From Armatimonadota bacterium (lineage in GTDB: Bacteria > Armatimonadota > UBA5829 > DSUL01): DNA of 64,000 bases. Below are positions 50,053 to 60,820 of this stretch, one piece after another; position 1 is the first letter of the stretch; each line of letters opens with the position of its first letter. The notes below the pieces were generated by a model, which saw only the letters and a program-made list of their open reading frames with translations, searched no databases and was not told the DNA's origin. The DNA lies in assembly GCA_039811685.1 (NCBI GenBank), contig JBDHZC010000002.1, forward strand, positions 576,001-640,000, in the 5' to 3' direction. The position numbers and the translations under genes are program-made.

Positions 50053-50166
50053 GCGCAGACTCTGGCGGCGTAAAGCGAATTGATACCCGGGACGGCCTGA
50101 CCGCAGCAGACGATAAGCCGTCTTGCGCCTGCGGTAAGGCCTGGCAGATTTCACGGCTCACTATTT

Positions 50167-52404
50167 ATGGATTTTCTACAGGGACTGAACGAATCACAAA
50201 AAGAGGCTGTCTCCCACGAAGGGGGGCCGCTGCTGGTTTTTGCGGGCGCGGGATCCGGCAAGACCCGGGTGCTGACGCACCGCATTGCCTGGCTGATTGA
50301 CCAGGGCAAAGCGCAGCCCTATCAGATACTCGCTGTCACCTTCACCAACAAAGCCGCCAGAGAGATGAAGACGCGCATCGAAGATCTGCTGGGGGCGCAG
50401 GCGGCATCAGAAGTGTGGGCAGGCACGTTCCACTCCGTGTGCGCGAAAATCCTGCGCATTTCAGGGGAGAAGATCGGGCTGGACCGCAACTTTGTGATTG
50501 TGGACGATGACGATCAGATATCGCTGATCAAGGAGTGTCTGCACGAGCTCAATATCAGCGAAAAGAACTATCCGGCGCGCGGCGTTCTTTCCCAAATCAG
50601 CCACGGCAAGGAGCAGCTTCTGGACCCGGAGTCTTTTCTGCGCAAGAATACGGGCCGGCAGGAAGAGACAGTAGCGACTATCTGGCGGCTCTACGCAAAG
50701 AAGCTGCGCGATATGCGCGGGGTGGATTTCGACGACATCATCCTGTACGCGGTGCGTCTGCTGGAGGAGCGGGAGGATGTGCGGGACAACTACCAGCGCA
50801 AGTTCCGGCATGTGCTGGTGGATGAGTATCAAGACATCAACTTCAGTCAGTACCGTTTCGTGGAGCTGCTGGCGGAGAAGCATCGCAATATCACAGTGGT
50901 TGGCGATGACGATCAGTCCATCTATTCGTGGCGCGGCGCGGATATCAGTATCATCCTCAACTTTGAGCGCGATTTTCCGGACGCGAAGATTGTCAAGCTG
51001 GAGCAAAACTACCGCTCAACGCAGATCATTCTGGACGCAGCGCATGAGGTTGTGAGCTCCAACGAAAATCGCGCGGACAAGAAGCTGTGGACAGAAAATG
51101 GCGTTGGAAAGCTGATCACGATGTGGGAGGCGATGGATGAACTGCACGAGGCGGATCTGGTGGCGCAGTTCATCGAAGAGCAGGTCGCAGGGGGACGGCG
51201 CGCGTCTGACTTTGCCATCCTCTACCGGACCAACGCGCAGTCACGTCCCTTTGAAGAGGTCTTTTTGCACCACAAGCTGCCTTACCGCATTATCGGGGGC
51301 GTTCGCTTCTGGGCGCGAAAGGAGATCAAGGACGCCATTGCCTACCTGCGCCTGATCGCCAACGACGCGGACAACGTGAGTTTCAGGCGCATCGTGAACG
51401 TTCCGACACGCGGCATTGGCGCAACGACAATCGAGCGCCTGGAAGACTACGCGGCAGTGCACGACACCAACCTGTGGAACGCGGCGACTTCGAAAGACGT
51501 GCTGGAGCGCATCCAGCCCAAGGCCGGACGCGCTCTTCAGGGGTTCTCCGGCGCAATCTCGCTGTTGCGCGACAAAGCCAGGAATCTCCCCGTCAGTGAT
51601 CTGCTGAAGGAAACGCTTGAGGAGAGCGGCTATCTGAAGACACTTGAGCAGGAGCGCACGATGGAAGCGCAGGGACGCCTCGAAAACTTGCAGGAGCTTG
51701 TTTCGGTGGCGACTCTGTTTGACACGCAGGCGGAAGATACGTCGCTGGAGGCGTTTCTGGCGCAGGTGGCGCTGGTTTCAGACGTGGACGCTTTAGAGGA
51801 CGACGCGCAGGCTGTCGTGCTGATGACGCTGCACGCAGCCAAGGGTCTGGAGTTCCCGGTCGTCATTATGACGGGGCTTGAGGAGGGGATTTTCCCGCAC
51901 TCGCGTTCGCTGTACGACTCCAGGCAGCTTGAGGAGGAGCGCCGGCTGTGTTATGTGGGCATGACGCGGGCAAAAGAGGAGCTTTACTTCACCTATGCGT
52001 TTCGCAGGATGCACTACGGGGCGTCAAACCGGTCCAGCCTGTCGCGCTTTGTCAAAGACATCCCCTCACAATACTTTGACAACCCGCCGAAGGCTGAACC
52101 CACTGCCTGGAACACATCCGCAGTCCTGACTTCGCGCGCGCCGGTTTCAAACACGGGCTCTCAGTTCCGCGAGGGTGACAGGGTGGCGCATGCAAAGTTT
52201 GGTAAGGGCGTGGTCATCAACTCGACTGGTTCGGGTGATGAAGAACAGGTCACGGTGATGTTTGCGGGCGGTGTTGGGCTGAAGAAGCTGCTGCTGGCGT
52301 ATGCGAAGCTGGAGCGGGCGACAAACGGAGCGCACGCAGGCAGCGATCCGGCGGGCGATAGTGAGGCCGTTGGAAGTGTCGAAGACCCGTTTTTCCGGGA
52401 CTGA
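50167..52404 (+). CDS. pcrA: ATP-dependent DNA helicase PcrA/UvrD
   Basis: AGAGSGKTRVL, VDEYQD, VGDDDQSIYSWRGA, LEQNYRST, TLHAAKGLEF, C-terminal Tudor-like domain. Confidence 0.96.
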   Translation: MDFLQGLNESQKEAVSHEGGPLLVFAGAGSGKTRVLTHRIAWLIDQGKAQPYQILAVTFTNKAAREMKTRIEDLLGAQAASEVWAGTFHSVCAKILRISGEKIGLDRNFVIVDDDDQISLIKECLHELNISEKNYPARGVLSQISHGKEQLLDPESFLRKNTGRQEETVATIWRLYAKKLRDMRGVDFDDIILYAVRLLEEREDVRDNYQRKFRHVLVDEYQDINFSQYRFVELLAEKHRNITVVGDDDQSIYSWRGADISIILNFERDFPDAKIVKLEQNYRSTQIILDAAHEVVSSNENRADKKLWTENGVGKLITMWEAMDELHEADLVAQFIEEQVAGGRRASDFAILYRTNAQSRPFEEVFLHHKLPYRIIGGVRFWARKEIKDAIAYLRLIANDADNVSFRRIVNVPTRGIGATTIERLEDYAAVHDTNLWNAATSKDVLERIQPKAGRALQGFSGAISLLRDKARNLPVSDLLKETLEESGYLKTLEQERTMEAQGRLENLQELVSVATLFDTQAEDTSLEAFLAQVALVSDVDALEDDAQAVVLMTLHAAKGLEFPVVIMTGLEEGIFPHSRSLYDSRQLEEERRLCYVGMTRAKEELYFTYAFRRMHYGASNRSSLSRFVKDIPSQYFDNPPKAEPTAWNTSAVLTSRAPVSNTGSQFREGDRVAHAKFGKGVVINSTGSGDEEQVTVMFAGGVGLKKLLLAYAKLERATNGAHAGSDPAGDSEAVGSVEDPFFRD

Positions 52405-52740
52405 AGCGTCTGGAATCCAGAGCCCTTTGAAGTGAGATCTCTCAGCTAAGGGACATCGGAAGCCTCTGAGGAATTGCGGGCGTCTTTGACTGGCCGCATC
52501 TGTCCGGCGACGGCCAACGCGTGTAACTTTCTGATGATAATCGTGAGACTGCAGCGCGATAATATGTGACAGAGTTCTGGGAAGTGGCGGCTCCTGACGG
52601 TACACAAGTAAACGCCAGCCCCGGAGGAGCTGGCGTCTGAGAAGGAAGCGTCTCGAGACTGCTGAGTGCCGAGTGGATCAGAAGCTGTTGCAGAAGCCTT
52701 CAACTCCTGATCCGCCCCTCACTCACGAATCATCTTCGGG

Positions 52741-53211
52741 CTACCTGGTAGCGCAGGCCTCACAGTAGCCGGCGACATCAATCTTCAGTGACTCCACGCT
52801 AAAGCCCATCTCTTCGGCCACTTTGTCCCGCAGCCGCCGCGCGTAGTCGGTCTGAAACTCGATGATATTTCCGCACGAAAGGCAGCGAATGTGGTGGTGC
52901 TGATAGCCGTTGCCCCTCTTGAACTCATAGCAGCGGCGGTCGTCTTCAAAAATCAGCTCATCCACCAGACTCGCTTCCTTAAGCAGCGAGATAGTGCGAT
53001 AGACCGTGGACAGACTGACACGGGAATCGATGTCCCTGGCCCGCCTGTAGAGATCCTCAACGCTCAGATGGTCGTTGGATGATTTCAGAATGTCATAGAT
53101 CAGCTTGCGCTGCCTGGTCGAACGCTGCCCAAGAACTGGCGGGACCGTCTCTTCTGCAGGATGCTCGACATTGTGGTTGTTATCCGCAATACAAAACTCT
53201 GGGGAACTCAT
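52741..53211 (-). CDS. Fur-family transcriptional regulator (second copy)
   Basis: TRQR, HLSVE, STVYRT, HHHIRCLSCG, GYCEAC. Confidence 0.92.
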   Translation of the reverse strand: MSSPEFCIADNNHNVEHPAEETVPPVLGQRSTRQRKLIYDILKSSNDHLSVEDLYRRARDIDSRVSLSTVYRTISLLKEASLVDELIFEDDRRCYEFKRGNGYQHHHIRCLSCGNIIEFQTDYARRLRDKVAEEMGFSVESLKIDVAGYCEACATR

Positions 53212-53221
53212 GTCAATCTAG

Positions 53222-53250
53222 ATGCTACTCACTTTCAAGCATTACGTCAA
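53222..53250 (-). promoter_or_regulatory. Putative sigma70 promoter of the second Fur gene
   Basis: TTGACG-N17-TAGCAT, with a Fur-box-like TGAAAGTGAGTAGCA overlapping it. Confidence 0.4.
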
Positions 53251-53396
53251 CATATATTAAACAATCTGTCATTCCATAAACACGCAGCATACACACGCGA
53301 GAGTGCGTCACATTTCCGATACAGATTGCGTCGCGAGCGGGCGGTGTGTGTTTGATCTGTGTCTGCGCCGGAGGACAGAACGCAGGATAGCCTGGT

Positions 53397-53855
53397 TCAC
53401 TCTCCGCCATGCGGCACGCCTGCGTGACAACTGGAGCACGCTTTGCCTTTGGCCATGGCAGCGTGCTGGGGCTGCGCTTTGGGGTCCAGCCGGTCAGAAT
53501 GACAGCGGATGCAATTGTCATTGATGACTTTCAGAGTATCCGGGCGCGCTTTGATGTTTTTGTGGTTGTGATCCGTGAGATAGACAAAGCTGTGACGCAG
53601 CCCGGAGCGCGACTTGAAGACGTAGCCTGCAAAGGCTGATGAGTGCGGCGTGTGGCAGTCCATGCAGTTGGTCACGCTGGCATGGGGTGAGGCCTTCCAC
53701 GAGTCATACATAGGCTGCATAATGTGGCAGTTGAGGCAAGCTTTCGGGTCGTCTGAAAGATAGGACGCGGCGTTCGTGGATTTCAGGGCGTAGGCGCCGG
53801 CGCCGAACAGGACTGCGCACGCTGCGAACGCAACAATCCGGTACTGTCTTGTCAT
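53397..53855 (-). CDS. nrfH: Tetraheme cytochrome c, NrfH (NapC/NirT family)
   Basis: TM anchor; SYLSDDPKACLNCHIM, CMDCH, CIRCH, CSSCH..VPHG. Confidence 0.88.
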   Translation of the reverse strand: MTRQYRIVAFAACAVLFGAGAYALKSTNAASYLSDDPKACLNCHIMQPMYDSWKASPHASVTNCMDCHTPHSSAFAGYVFKSRSGLRHSFVYLTDHNHKNIKARPDTLKVINDNCIRCHSDRLDPKAQPQHAAMAKGKACSSCHAGVPHGGE

Positions 53856-54144
53856 TGTGTGAAAACGGGGAATCCGCGGCATAGTCATTCACCTTGGGCG
53901 GCGCGTCGCAATGGCAGCGCGTTATGTTATGAACGAAACACGGACAGGGGTGAGCAAGACCCGGGCGGCGTCGCAGACTGTGCCCGCCGCGGGCGCACGC
54001 GCGGACACTGGTTCCCAGACAACTCAGAGAACAAACAGACACACGATAGATTGTGCGTCTCCGTACAAAGACTTCGCGGAGGAGCGGAAAGTTTCCTTCC
54101 GCGACACCCAGGGGACAAAATGCCAGGGTGCGGACTGCTGAGCA

Positions 54145-54915
54145 ATGAACAACCCTACTGTCAATACCAAAACGTGGGATGAGCGCGAGTTTACATCAGC
54201 TTTGCAGGCAGCGCTGAAAAAGCTGGCTCTCAAGCTGTCCGCAGAGCAAGAGACCCGGATGGGCGCATTCGCGCGTCTGCTTTTTGAAACCAACCAGCGC
54301 CTCAACCTCACCCGCATCACCGATCCGCAGGAGGTGGCGGTCAAGCACTTTGCAGACTCACTGACGGTGTTGTCTGTTGGGGTGGAAGAGAGAGCGGGCG
54401 CAGTGGATGTGGGCTCGGGAGGAGGTCTTCCGGGGATACCGCTGGCGATCGCCCGCCCGGACCTGCGGGTGACGATGCTTGAGGCGACGGGGCGCAAGGC
54501 GGCTTTTCTGAGTGAAGCTGTCGCCTCTCTCGGTCTTGATAATGCTGAGGTGCTGTGCGGACGCGTTGAGGAGCTGGCTCACGAGCGCCAGATCCGGCAG
54601 CGCTTCGACATCGCCGTGTGGCGCGGGCTGGGCGATCTGGCGCTGGGAGCAGAGGTCTGTGTGCCTCTGGTGCGCACTGGCGGACGCGCGGTTGCGATGA
54701 AGGGTCCGAAGCTGGAAGAGGAGCTGGCCGCAGCGAGAGCGCTCATCGGGCAGCTTGGGGGCAGGGTAGAGAAGATAGTGGAGGCTGCACTGCCTGGCGA
54801 TATTCGCCACCGCCTTCTGGTTATAGAGAAAATCCGCCAGACCCCGCCTCAGTTCCCGCGCGCCTGGAAGCGAATCAAGAACAGCCAGACGCACGCGGCA
54901 AGCGAGCGCGAGTGA
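54145..54915 (+). CDS. rsmG: 16S rRNA m7G527 methyltransferase
   Basis: NLTRI, KHFADSL, DVGSGGGLPGIPLAI, MKG. Confidence 0.95.
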   Translation: MNNPTVNTKTWDEREFTSALQAALKKLALKLSAEQETRMGAFARLLFETNQRLNLTRITDPQEVAVKHFADSLTVLSVGVEERAGAVDVGSGGGLPGIPLAIARPDLRVTMLEATGRKAAFLSEAVASLGLDNAEVLCGRVEELAHERQIRQRFDIAVWRGLGDLALGAEVCVPLVRTGGRAVAMKGPKLEEELAAARALIGQLGGRVEKIVEAALPGDIRHRLLVIEKIRQTPPQFPRAWKRIKNSQTHAASERE

Positions 54916-54988
54916 CGGTTGCGCCCGCGCTCAGGCAGGGCTGGGCTCTGTTTCAATCGAAGAGGGCGCAAGAGAAGGAGTGTTTTGA

Positions 54989-56851
54989 ATGGCAAGCGCG
55001 CAAACCCCGGTTACGGCGGCTGAAAAGGCCGATCAATTCCTGACAGAATCCACTCAGTTCCGGCTCGGGTCGCTGTTGACGGAGAGTCCGCATCCGCGCT
55101 CGCGTACGCTGAGCGACGTTGCCCGCGCAAGCGCCGCGGACGGGCTGGCGATGCTTTTCGATGTGGACCGCGACGTGGTGAAGAAATTTCGAGACTTCGC
55201 TATGAGCGGCCGTCCGCAAAAGATTGCGCAAACTGTGGTGGATGCTTTGCAGGCAGGCGGGCGCATCTTCTGCACAGGGTGCGGCGCGACCGGGCGGCTG
55301 AGCATTCAGATGGACTCCATCTGGCGGGACTTCTGGCAGAGGCGGCGCGTGGCCGGAGCGCTGGAGCCCGACCCTGACGAGTGGGAAGAGCGCACTTTCA
55401 GCGTAATGGCAGGCGGTGACTTTGCGCTGATCAAGAGCGTGGAAGGCTTTGAGGATTTCACGCAGTTCGGGCGTCAGCAGATTGCCGATCTGAATATCAG
55501 CGATCGCGACGTTGTCTTTGCGATTACGGAAGGCGGGGAGACGTCGTTCGTCATTGGGACCGCCTGGCAGGGTGTGGATGTTGGCGCAAAGGTCTACTTT
55601 GTCTACAACAACCCGGATGAAGTGTTGCGGGAGCACGTCATCCGAAGCCGCGAGGTGATTGACGACGGACGAATTGAGACCGTAAATCTCACCACCGGCC
55701 CGATGGCCATTACCGGATCCACGCGCATGCAGGCCACCAGCATTCAGCTTTGCGCCATGCTGTTGATCTGGGAGATCGTTCTCAGAGAAATTACAGGACA
55801 GGGGAGCGTGGAAGCGATCGCTTCGGAAGTATGCGCAGAGTTTGCCGCATCGCTGGAAGCTGTTCATGCGACTCTTCAGTCGGAGGAGCTACGCTGTGAA
55901 CTCGGCGCTTTGGTGGAACGAGAGGAGCGGGTTTACCGCGCAGGCAAACGCAACAGCTACTTCGCCGACCGTCTGTCCATAGATGTTCTGACAGACACCA
56001 CCGAGAGAAGCCCCACTTTCTGCATCCCGGCGTTTCGCAAGTTTGACGACGAACAGGCTGCGGAATCCTGGTCGTTTCTATTTTTGCCGGAGGAGAGCGC
56101 GCAGCTTGCATGGCGGCGTCTGCTGAGAAGAGACCCGCGACCGGTAGAGTGGAGTGAAGAGCAAGTGCGCCGGATGATTGGCCCGGAGCTTGCGCCGCGA
56201 CAGCACGCTATTATGAAGACTATCGGGCTGCAGGAAATCTACCGCTTCAAGATCGGGCTGGACGGGTTGGCGTATCGAAGGTTTCAGCAGGGCGACACGG
56301 CGACAGCAATTACGACTGAGCAGGAGCTGGGAGAACTCCGGGAGGACGGTTTCTATCAGAGGATGCTCTGGCAGGCGCATGCGAACGGAGCTGAGACGAG
56401 CCTGGTGTTTCTGGGGACTGAGGAGGCGCTCAAAGACGCGCGAGCGCTTGTGAAGGAATCTTTGCCTGCTGGCACGTTTCTGGTCGCTTTGAAGCTGCCG
56501 GAGGAGTCCGGTCTACTTGAGTTTGCTTCCAGAATCGGCGTTAAGATGATGTTGAACGCCCTGTCCACGTGTACGCTGGTGCGTATGGGACGGGTGATGG
56601 GCAACGTGATGATCTGGGTTGTTCCGAGCAACTTGAAGCTTATTGACCGCTCAACGCGCTACATTTCACAGCTTGTTGGTGTCCCTTATGAGCAGGCCTG
56701 CCACATGCTCTTTGACGTTATCGAGTATGTCTCGCCGCGGATGCGCGCCGGACAGGTGTATCCGGCTCCGGTGGGCGTGTCCGTCATGCGTCTGCGGCAC
56801 GGACTGGACAACGAGCAGGCGGAAAAGCGGCTCTATGAGGAGCTGGGGTAG
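54989..56851 (+). CDS. Long SIS-domain protein, MurQ/glucokinase-regulator-like
   Basis: LLTESPHP, GCGATGRLS, AGGD.AL..SVEGFED, TGP.AITGSTRM, KMMLNALST...GRV.GN.M..V.PSN.KLIDR. Confidence 0.8.
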   Translation: MASAQTPVTAAEKADQFLTESTQFRLGSLLTESPHPRSRTLSDVARASAADGLAMLFDVDRDVVKKFRDFAMSGRPQKIAQTVVDALQAGGRIFCTGCGATGRLSIQMDSIWRDFWQRRRVAGALEPDPDEWEERTFSVMAGGDFALIKSVEGFEDFTQFGRQQIADLNISDRDVVFAITEGGETSFVIGTAWQGVDVGAKVYFVYNNPDEVLREHVIRSREVIDDGRIETVNLTTGPMAITGSTRMQATSIQLCAMLLIWEIVLREITGQGSVEAIASEVCAEFAASLEAVHATLQSEELRCELGALVEREERVYRAGKRNSYFADRLSIDVLTDTTERSPTFCIPAFRKFDDEQAAESWSFLFLPEESAQLAWRRLLRRDPRPVEWSEEQVRRMIGPELAPRQHAIMKTIGLQEIYRFKIGLDGLAYRRFQQGDTATAITTEQELGELREDGFYQRMLWQAHANGAETSLVFLGTEEALKDARALVKESLPAGTFLVALKLPEESGLLEFASRIGVKMMLNALSTCTLVRMGRVMGNVMIWVVPSNLKLIDRSTRYISQLVGVPYEQACHMLFDVIEYVSPRMRAGQVYPAPVGVSVMRLRHGLDNEQAEKRLYEELG

Positions 56852-56853
56852 CA

Positions 56854-57642
56854 ATGCCGGAGTCGTTCGACAGATTTGTTGAGATTGTCGCGGCTCTGCG
56901 CGCTCCCGGGGGCTGTCCGTGGGACCGCAAACAGACGCATGAGTCGCTGAAGCGCTACTTCGTGGAGGAGACCTACGAGGCGCTGCAGGCGATTGACGAT
57001 CAGGACGACGCGGGGCTTTCGGAAGAGCTTGGCGACGTACTGCTTCAGATCGGGTTGCATGCGCAGATCGCCAGTGAGCGCGGCAGTTTTGAGATTGACG
57101 ACGTCGTGCAGGGCATTAACGAGAAGCTGATCCGACGCCATCCACACGTCTTTGCGGAAGTCGAGGTGGATAGCGCGGAGGAGGTGCTGGTCAACTGGGA
57201 GGCGATCAAACGCCAGGAGAAGAACGCATCTGAACTGGACAGCGCGCTGTCGGGAGTGCCGCAGGCGCTTCCGGCGCTGCTTCTGGCGATGGAGGTGTCG
57301 AAGAAGGCAGCCAAGCAGGGCTTTGAATGGCCGGATATGCAGGGCGTTGTGGCCAAGATGCGCGAGGAGGTGGAGGAGCTGGACGCAGAACTCCGCGCGC
57401 CCTCTCTGGATAGCCAACGCATTGCGGATGAGCTGGGAGACCTGCTCTTCACTGTTGTGAATGTAGCGCGATGGGCGAAGGTGGACCCGGAAGATGCGCT
57501 GCGGCGAATGGTGCGCCGCTTTACCGAGCGCTTCAAAGCGATGGAAGAGCGCGCCCGAGCCGCTGGTCTGGCCCTGCAAAAGCTGACGCCGGAGGAGTGG
57601 GAGGACCTGTGGCAAAGCTCCAAACGCGCTGAGAAGGTTTGA
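56854..57642 (+). CDS. mazG: Nucleoside triphosphate pyrophosphohydrolase MazG
   Basis: LRAPGGCPWD..QTH.SL, EELGDVLLQ, KLIRRHPHVF, DELGDLLF. Confidence 0.95.
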   Translation: MPESFDRFVEIVAALRAPGGCPWDRKQTHESLKRYFVEETYEALQAIDDQDDAGLSEELGDVLLQIGLHAQIASERGSFEIDDVVQGINEKLIRRHPHVFAEVEVDSAEEVLVNWEAIKRQEKNASELDSALSGVPQALPALLLAMEVSKKAAKQGFEWPDMQGVVAKMREEVEELDAELRAPSLDSQRIADELGDLLFTVVNVARWAKVDPEDALRRMVRRFTERFKAMEERARAAGLALQKLTPEEWEDLWQSSKRAEKV

Positions 57643-57739
57643 GATACAGCTAACGACCTCAGACGGTCGAAGAAGGGTTGTGCGCGGTGAGGCGTGAGAA
57701 GGCAGTGGTGAAGCGGAGCAACCTCAAAAACTTGCCTCT

Positions 57740-60700
57740 TTAGTTGACCATCCGCACGGTCTGGCGGGCCAGCTTTGCGGGCATGGAGTAGCGCAGACGA
57801 AAGACGAAGCTGATCGGGCGCGCGCCCTGGTGGCTCACGTAGTCGGCGGGACCCAGGTAGAAGTACGGGTTTGCGAGACCGGAGGTCGCCCTGTTCTCGC
57901 GCACAAAAAGCAGGATAGTGTGCCCGGTTTCGCGGTGATGGATATAGCGTTGGCCTACCGGGCTTTCGGGCGTGGTAGTGCTTTGAGACTGCCAGTGAAA
58001 CAGCTCCGGACTGATGGCGTAGTCCTCGTACATGGTAGTTGGGGAGTAGTCAGTTTCAGTCTTATTGAGGGTGATGAAAAAGAGGTCCGCCTTCTGTTCG
58101 CGCAGGTAGAGAACGCCTTCCCGCATGGACGGCTGGGCCTCCAGAGTCCAATGGCCAACGCCAGCCAGAATCTCATCGCGTGTGTACTGGCAATGCAAAT
58201 CCAGCGGGCAGAAGAATGGAAGCTCCGGGCGTTTGCGTACGCTGTCAATCTGCTCCTTGCGATAGTCCAGCAGCTCCAACAGCTCACCCATGTGCGCTGG
58301 GTTCTGGCGCAACCGCGCATCACAAGCTCTCAGGTCCCCTGGCAAGGCGTCTCTTGACCACAGCGACATGTGCATCATCGTCAGAAGTCTGGCGCATTCT
58401 TCAGAGTAGGTCGTCTGAGGATGGGTCGCAGCGTTGTGGACACAGGCGATAACTGACGGGCTATCCGTGTGTTGGAGCCGCCGCAAACCACGCGCGAGCA
58501 GTGGCTCATCTGGCTCGCTCAGGCCGGGTAGCCATCCCGCTTCATGGCAAAGTCGCGTGTACGTAACCTTTCGGCGATAGATGTCATCTGACTGGAGCTG
58601 GGCATAACTCAGGAACTGAGCGAGGGATGGACGCCCTCCGATGCTGTCGCCTGCAGCCCGCACTTCGTCTGCAAGCGATGCTGTGTTGCGCTGGATGTTT
58701 TGCCGAATGTTGTCCAGCACGTACTTGCGAGCAAACCGTTCTAGCTGGATCGTGCAGCCCGCGGGCAGATGAGGAAATCCCCGGCTGACCTGAGTCGCTA
58801 CACTTTGAGTCGCGTCACCCATCAACGCCCGGAAGCGCAGGTCGTAGCGGAAGTTTTTGTGCGCGTGACCGATGAAGTCCAGCACAGTAAGGCACTCTTT
58901 GTCATCCTGAAGACGCAGGCCACGGCCAAGCTGCTGGAGAAAGACGGTCAGGCTCTCAGTGGGTCGAAGAAACAGAACCGTGTCAACCTCAGGTATGTCC
59001 ACACCTTCGTTATAGAGGTCTACGGTACAGATAAAATTGATCTTCCGCTCGCGAAGCTGGCCTTGAACTGCCCGGCGCTCATCCCTTGGAGAATCCGCCG
59101 ACAGCGCAATCGCGGGAATACCGGCCAGCCGGAGTTGTTCCGCCATAAACTGCGCATGTCGGATGCTAGCGCAAAACGCAAGCCCTCTCGCCTCGCAAGG
59201 ATCGAGAAGAATCTTGTGCATGCTTCTAATCACGAGACCCGCTCGCTCTGTCTGCGATAGCAACGCGGTAAGCTCGTTCAGGTCGTAGCCCCCGCGCTGC
59301 CAGCGCAACCCGCTCAGGTCCACCTCATCACTGATTCCGAAATACTGAAACGGGCACAGCAGCTTGCGGTTGATGGCATCTGGCAGCCGTATCTCGGAGG
59401 TGATATGGCCGCCAAAGTAGTGCAGGATATCTTCCTGATCTGTGCGCTCAGGTGTTGCAGTCAGGCCCAGTAGCACCTTTGGACGCACATGACTCAGAAG
59501 CCGCTCATAGGTAGGAGCGGCGGAATGATGAAACTCATCTACCACGACGTAGTCGTAGAAATCCGGCGGAAGTTGATCCATCTCCTGGGAGTTCCACGAC
59601 TGAATCGAGCAGAAAAGATGCTCATCCTGCCCTGGCCGGGCGCCGCCTACCAGCTTATCCCCGAAGTTATTGTTGCGTAGCACAGCGCGAAAGGTGTGCA
59701 AGCTCTGATTCAGGATCTCCTCGCGGTGAGCAATGAAGAGGAGCCGCTTCCGTGCTGCGCTTTCGCACCAGCGACGGTAGTCAAAAGCTGCGATCATGGT
59801 TTTTCCTGTTCCCGTCGCCGCCACTACAAGTTGACGCTCACGGCCGCTAACGTCGCGCTCCGCCTGAAGTTTGTCCAGAATCTCCTGCTGGAAGGGATAA
59901 GGTCTCAGATCAAAAAACGTGTCGACAGTGCCGGCGTCGCGCGTCTGCTCGTGGCGCAACGCGACCTGCAGGCGCTCCCGCTGCTCCGGAGAATAGAGCA
60001 CAAACTCCGGGTCTTGCCAGTAGGTCTCGAAGGTCCCGCTGATCTTTTCCCAGAGCCCGGGGCTCTCATACTGGCTGACCTTCACACTCCACTCCAGGCC
60101 ATCTGTTATGGCGGGGCGCGTCAGGTTCGCCGAGCCGATGTAGGAGGTCCCGAAACCGGTTTCCCGGTGAAAGGTGTAAGACTTGGCGTGGAGACGAGTC
60201 CGCTCGGTGTCGAAGGTCAGCCTGACCTGTGTGTTTGGTAGCTCCGCGAGAAAGTCAACGGCTTTCAGATCCGTTGCGCCCATATAACTGGTGGTGATCA
60301 CGCGCAGGCGCGTGTGTTCCCGCTCGGTGAATCGGACAAGCTCATTCTCCATCGTGCGGATGCCGCTCCACTTGATGAAGGAGCAGAGGATGTCCAGACG
60401 ATCTGCGCTCTCCAGCTCCTTGCTGAGTTGGGAGAGCAGGCTTGGATCCAGACGGGTCCCTGTCAGCAGACATGCGGTGGTAAGGGGGGTATCCGGCCTG
60501 AGCCGCTGCGGCCCCTTCTGACGCTTGATCTCAAGGAGTTTGCGCGCCGGTCGCGCCAGATCGTTGCCCTCTGCGCCCTGCAAAAGGCCGATGATTTGAT
60601 TGCAGAGAGCTATCTGCGCATCCAGCTTCTTGCCGGCGCCCTCCGCAGCGATCTGGAGGGCTTGGCCGATGGCGTGCTTCAGATGCTGCGCCAGCACCTG

Positions 60701-60820
60701 GTGGCTGTCCCCGACTTCCAGTTCCATGCACTGGGCTTCCAGAAGCGGGTTCAGGGCTTCAAGCTCGCCTGCTAGCGCGAGGGTTACAACCTGTTCGTAG
60801 AGTCCTTCTTTAAGAGGCAT
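57740..60820 (-). CDS. PLD nuclease + SF2 helicase + DUF3427 protein (SauUSI-like type IV restriction enzyme)
   Basis: LHAKSY...GSANLT, ATGTGKT, DEFHH, GLTATPER, QQLGRGLR, C-terminal YSPTTMYEDYA...FHWQSQ. Confidence 0.85.
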   Translation of the reverse strand: MPLKEGLYEQVVTLALAGELEALNPLLEAQCMELEVGDSHQVLAQHLKHAIGQALQIAAEGAGKKLDAQIALCNQIIGLLQGAEGNDLARPARKLLEIKRQKGPQRLRPDTPLTTACLLTGTRLDPSLLSQLSKELESADRLDILCSFIKWSGIRTMENELVRFTEREHTRLRVITTSYMGATDLKAVDFLAELPNTQVRLTFDTERTRLHAKSYTFHRETGFGTSYIGSANLTRPAITDGLEWSVKVSQYESPGLWEKISGTFETYWQDPEFVLYSPEQRERLQVALRHEQTRDAGTVDTFFDLRPYPFQQEILDKLQAERDVSGRERQLVVAATGTGKTMIAAFDYRRWCESAARKRLLFIAHREEILNQSLHTFRAVLRNNNFGDKLVGGARPGQDEHLFCSIQSWNSQEMDQLPPDFYDYVVVDEFHHSAAPTYERLLSHVRPKVLLGLTATPERTDQEDILHYFGGHITSEIRLPDAINRKLLCPFQYFGISDEVDLSGLRWQRGGYDLNELTALLSQTERAGLVIRSMHKILLDPCEARGLAFCASIRHAQFMAEQLRLAGIPAIALSADSPRDERRAVQGQLRERKINFICTVDLYNEGVDIPEVDTVLFLRPTESLTVFLQQLGRGLRLQDDKECLTVLDFIGHAHKNFRYDLRFRALMGDATQSVATQVSRGFPHLPAGCTIQLERFARKYVLDNIRQNIQRNTASLADEVRAAGDSIGGRPSLAQFLSYAQLQSDDIYRRKVTYTRLCHEAGWLPGLSEPDEPLLARGLRRLQHTDSPSVIACVHNAATHPQTTYSEECARLLTMMHMSLWSRDALPGDLRACDARLRQNPAHMGELLELLDYRKEQIDSVRKRPELPFFCPLDLHCQYTRDEILAGVGHWTLEAQPSMREGVLYLREQKADLFFITLNKTETDYSPTTMYEDYAISPELFHWQSQSTTTPESPVGQRYIHHRETGHTILLFVRENRATSGLANPYFYLGPADYVSHQGARPISFVFRLRYSMPAKLARQTVRMVN

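Noticed and set aside
52446..52703. 85-aa ORF downstream of the second fur
   Set aside because: No recognisable motif, TTG start; cannot be supported
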